Of a stretch of DNA of 64,000 bases, positions 56,774 to 64,000 are shown one piece after another; positions within the stretch are counted from its first letter, which is position 1, and each line of letters begins with the position of its first letter. The DNA is from Balanoglossus misakiensis (Eukaryota > Animalia > Hemichordata). The notes beneath the pieces were generated by a model. That model had not been told where the DNA came from, did no database searches, and saw nothing but the letters and a program-made list of their open reading frames with translations. Both the position numbers and the translations under genes were made by a program. Location of the stretch: positions 5,098,213 to 5,162,212 of the forward strand of contig CM082589.2 of the NCBI GenBank assembly GCA_040954595.2, given 5' to 3'.

Positions 56774-58367
56774 TACCATGCCGAAAGTCTAAATCCTGAA
56801 GTTCCTGAATTGTCCCCCATTTTTACACATGAGTCAAAGACTCAAACTCATCCTGACTTCTTCAACTTCCGAGATCTGTAGACACTTGAATCGATTTTCC
56901 TTTACCCAACATCACTCTGTTGTTCCAGATATGGTCGTTTCCACACCTGTCGACGTCTTCTAGACAGCTCCATGGGACCGCACATCATTAATGACACCGA
57001 AGGAGAAGGACTGACCGCCTTGCATCTGGCCTCGCTGAACGGCCACGCTAAAGTCGTTCAGCTGCTCATGACTAGAGGCGCATTGCTTCACCGGTAAGTG
57101 CAAGTACATGTACATGCTCGCACGTATATATCGCGGGGTTCAATTATAAAAAAATCTTCGTCTCGAATATGATCGTCAAACTTAATCCTGATTAGTTGTA
57201 AAAAGTTACCTACAGATTAATCAATAAATCAATTTAAAAGATCATTTCTATGACAAAGCTAACTGTGCCAGATCAGCGCATTGAAGATTGGAACTTAATT
57301 AGTGTACCTGTTTTTTGCCTTCTCCAGTGATCACAATGGTCGGACTCCATTTCATCTGGCAGCCATTGCTGGCTATACAAACACAATGAAAGTACTACTG
57401 GGTACGCACGGTCATCTCTTAGATCAAGTGGACGATGAAGGGGTATGTAAACTCGTTGTTTACCAAATACCTCATTATAAGCATACCAAAAATTCATGTC
57501 AACTTTTTTCATTCCTTCATAAAAATAATTCGGTTTTATAATGTTCGAGACTGCAGCTACGTTGAATTTTTCAGGTAGCAAATTCTATATCTTGCAAGCA
57601 CGCATGGCAAAAAATTGAACAGATTCCGTCGTTCACAACTGGGACTTGTCACTGACCCTAGGAAGCAACTTGTGTGGTATATTCATTTATCTTTATTATT
57701 GGTACAAACGTATCGAGTCTGCAGTCTCGTGCATGATGAAACAGATGTACAAATAGTGACAACTACACCACTGTCACTTTAATTAAACGACGTCCCAATC
57801 ATTATCATACCAATCACGGTCAGTTGACGCATTAACCATCTGAAGTGCCCCTCGTATTTTTCTGTCCCGTCGTACAGAACACAGCCCTTCATTTGGCAGC
57901 CAAGGAGAGTCACGCCAATGGAGTGAAGTATCTGTTGACACAAGACGCACAGCTGCTTTCGAACGGAGATAAATGCAGTGCATTTGATATTTGTATTCGG
58001 TCCAACTTCAAAGATGTTGCCTTGGCCTTTATTCAACATGACAGGTAATTCTGCCCGTTGTCTACATGTCTGTCAGTCTGTCTGTCTGTCTGCCTGTATG
58101 TCTGTCTGTCTTTCTGTCTGCGTCTACCAGTGTTGCTCTCTCTCTCTCTCCGTCCGCATGTCTGTATTAAGTCAGACGTACATTCGCACGAATATATGAT
58201 CACATTAAGTCGTACCCAGTCATTTTTTTCAATATATGCAGTCAATGTTTTTATTGTTTTTGGTCTCCCACCTGACTTCCAGATGGCAGGAAGTGATGTC
58301 AGCGTTCTCGCCAAAGATGGGATGTCCGTTCATTGCGCTGATTGAACACCTACCTGAGGTTGCCATG
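46119..58367 (+). CDS. TRPA1: Transient receptor potential cation channel A1 (TRPA1), N-terminal ankyrin-repeat region; transmembrane exons lie beyond the window
   Basis: First coding exon 46119-46304 (or alternative 48922-49203), then 51715-51871, 52484-52659, 52936-53043, 53214-53322, 53773-53918, 54129-54265, 54443-54491, 55748-55948, 56350-56519, 56929-57093, 57328-57442, 57878-58044 and 58283-58367, all phase-compatible. Serial ankyrin repeats with TRPA1-diagnostic segments: STPVHLACSQGA, MTPLHKAAMFDHPHVVDYLI, GCTPLHYASRQG, ESPLHFAARYGRFHTCRRLL, RGALLHRDHNGRTPFHLAA, NTALHLAAKESH, and linker HDRWQEVM..GCPFIALIEHLPE. Confidence 0.92.
48922..49203 (+). CDS. TRPA1: Alternative first coding exon (1b) of TRPA1, 94 codons
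   Basis: The ATG is preceded by an in-frame TAG (48886-48888). GC-rich open frame ending at a consensus phase-0 donor AAA|GTAAGT. The join to 51715 gives ADAFHK-LAAGGNL, an ankyrin-like start. Confidence 0.65.
56635..56772. repeat. Compound (AGAC)n-(ACAT)n-(AGAC)n microsatellite in a TRPA1 intron
   Basis: Read directly. It explains the CMYV-repeat ORF 56544..56774. Confidence 0.95.
58068..58150. repeat. Degenerate (GTCT)n/(CT)n microsatellite
   Basis: Read directly in the intron before the linker exon. Confidence 0.8.
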
Positions 58368-58386
58368 GTGAGTATGAATTCTGTGA

Positions 58387-63696
<5,310 letters not shown>

Positions 63697-64000
63697 ACCT
63701 AAAAGGCAAATGAGAATAGGGTGACTGTTTATGTCTTCAGTTCGCTCATATAATCCAGGCTTTAAATTACCAGTGATTACTGGATGTGTTTTCAAGTTGA
63801 CAAGACCTCGAGACTAACTTTCGGTCGAGAAGGGGATTTGAAGTGTTGTCTCTGTGTACAACTAAAACATTTAGCATCTGTTGACGTGTCCACTAAATGA
63901 CGTTTTGTAAAACTTTTGCCATCTATTTTGATATTAGGCAGTCCTTGATCGCTGCCAGACAACAGCTGATTGTGACACAAAGAGCAAAAACTACTGGGTA

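Overview
AT-rich, intron-containing animal genomic DNA. It is probably from an invertebrate, possibly a deuterostome; this is an inference and the species cannot be fixed from the sequence. Five spliced protein-coding genes were reconstructed by hand from GT-AG boundaries and reading-frame phase. (1) The 3' part of a mitochondrial-type L-threonine 3-dehydrogenase (+, 1404-3274). (2) A complete 22-coding-exon VWA/dCache protein of the CACHD1/alpha2delta family (+, 12813-21575, about 1193 aa) with an intact MIDAS, a Cys-rich insert and a GPI-type C-terminus. (3) A six-exon, non-alpha nicotinic-type Cys-loop receptor subunit with a degenerate ligand box (+, 23117-35075, about 461 aa). (4) A convergent claudin/PMP22-family tetraspan gene (-, 36023-38344, about 182 aa). 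(5) The ankyrin-repeat half of a TRPA1 channel (+, from 46119, continuing past the window). The most notable signal is that TRPA1 has two apparently mutually exclusive first coding exons. One ends in a C-x7-R-x2-R motif matching the thermosensitivity-dampening N-terminus of insect TRPA1(A). A 5.3-kb G/T-only array with higher-order structure starts 21 nt after the exon encoding the electrophile-sensing Cys. MITE-like elements, a possible solo LTR and microsatellites are also present. No rRNA, tRNA or CRISPR array was seen. Most ORFs in the supplied track are intron or repeat artefacts.
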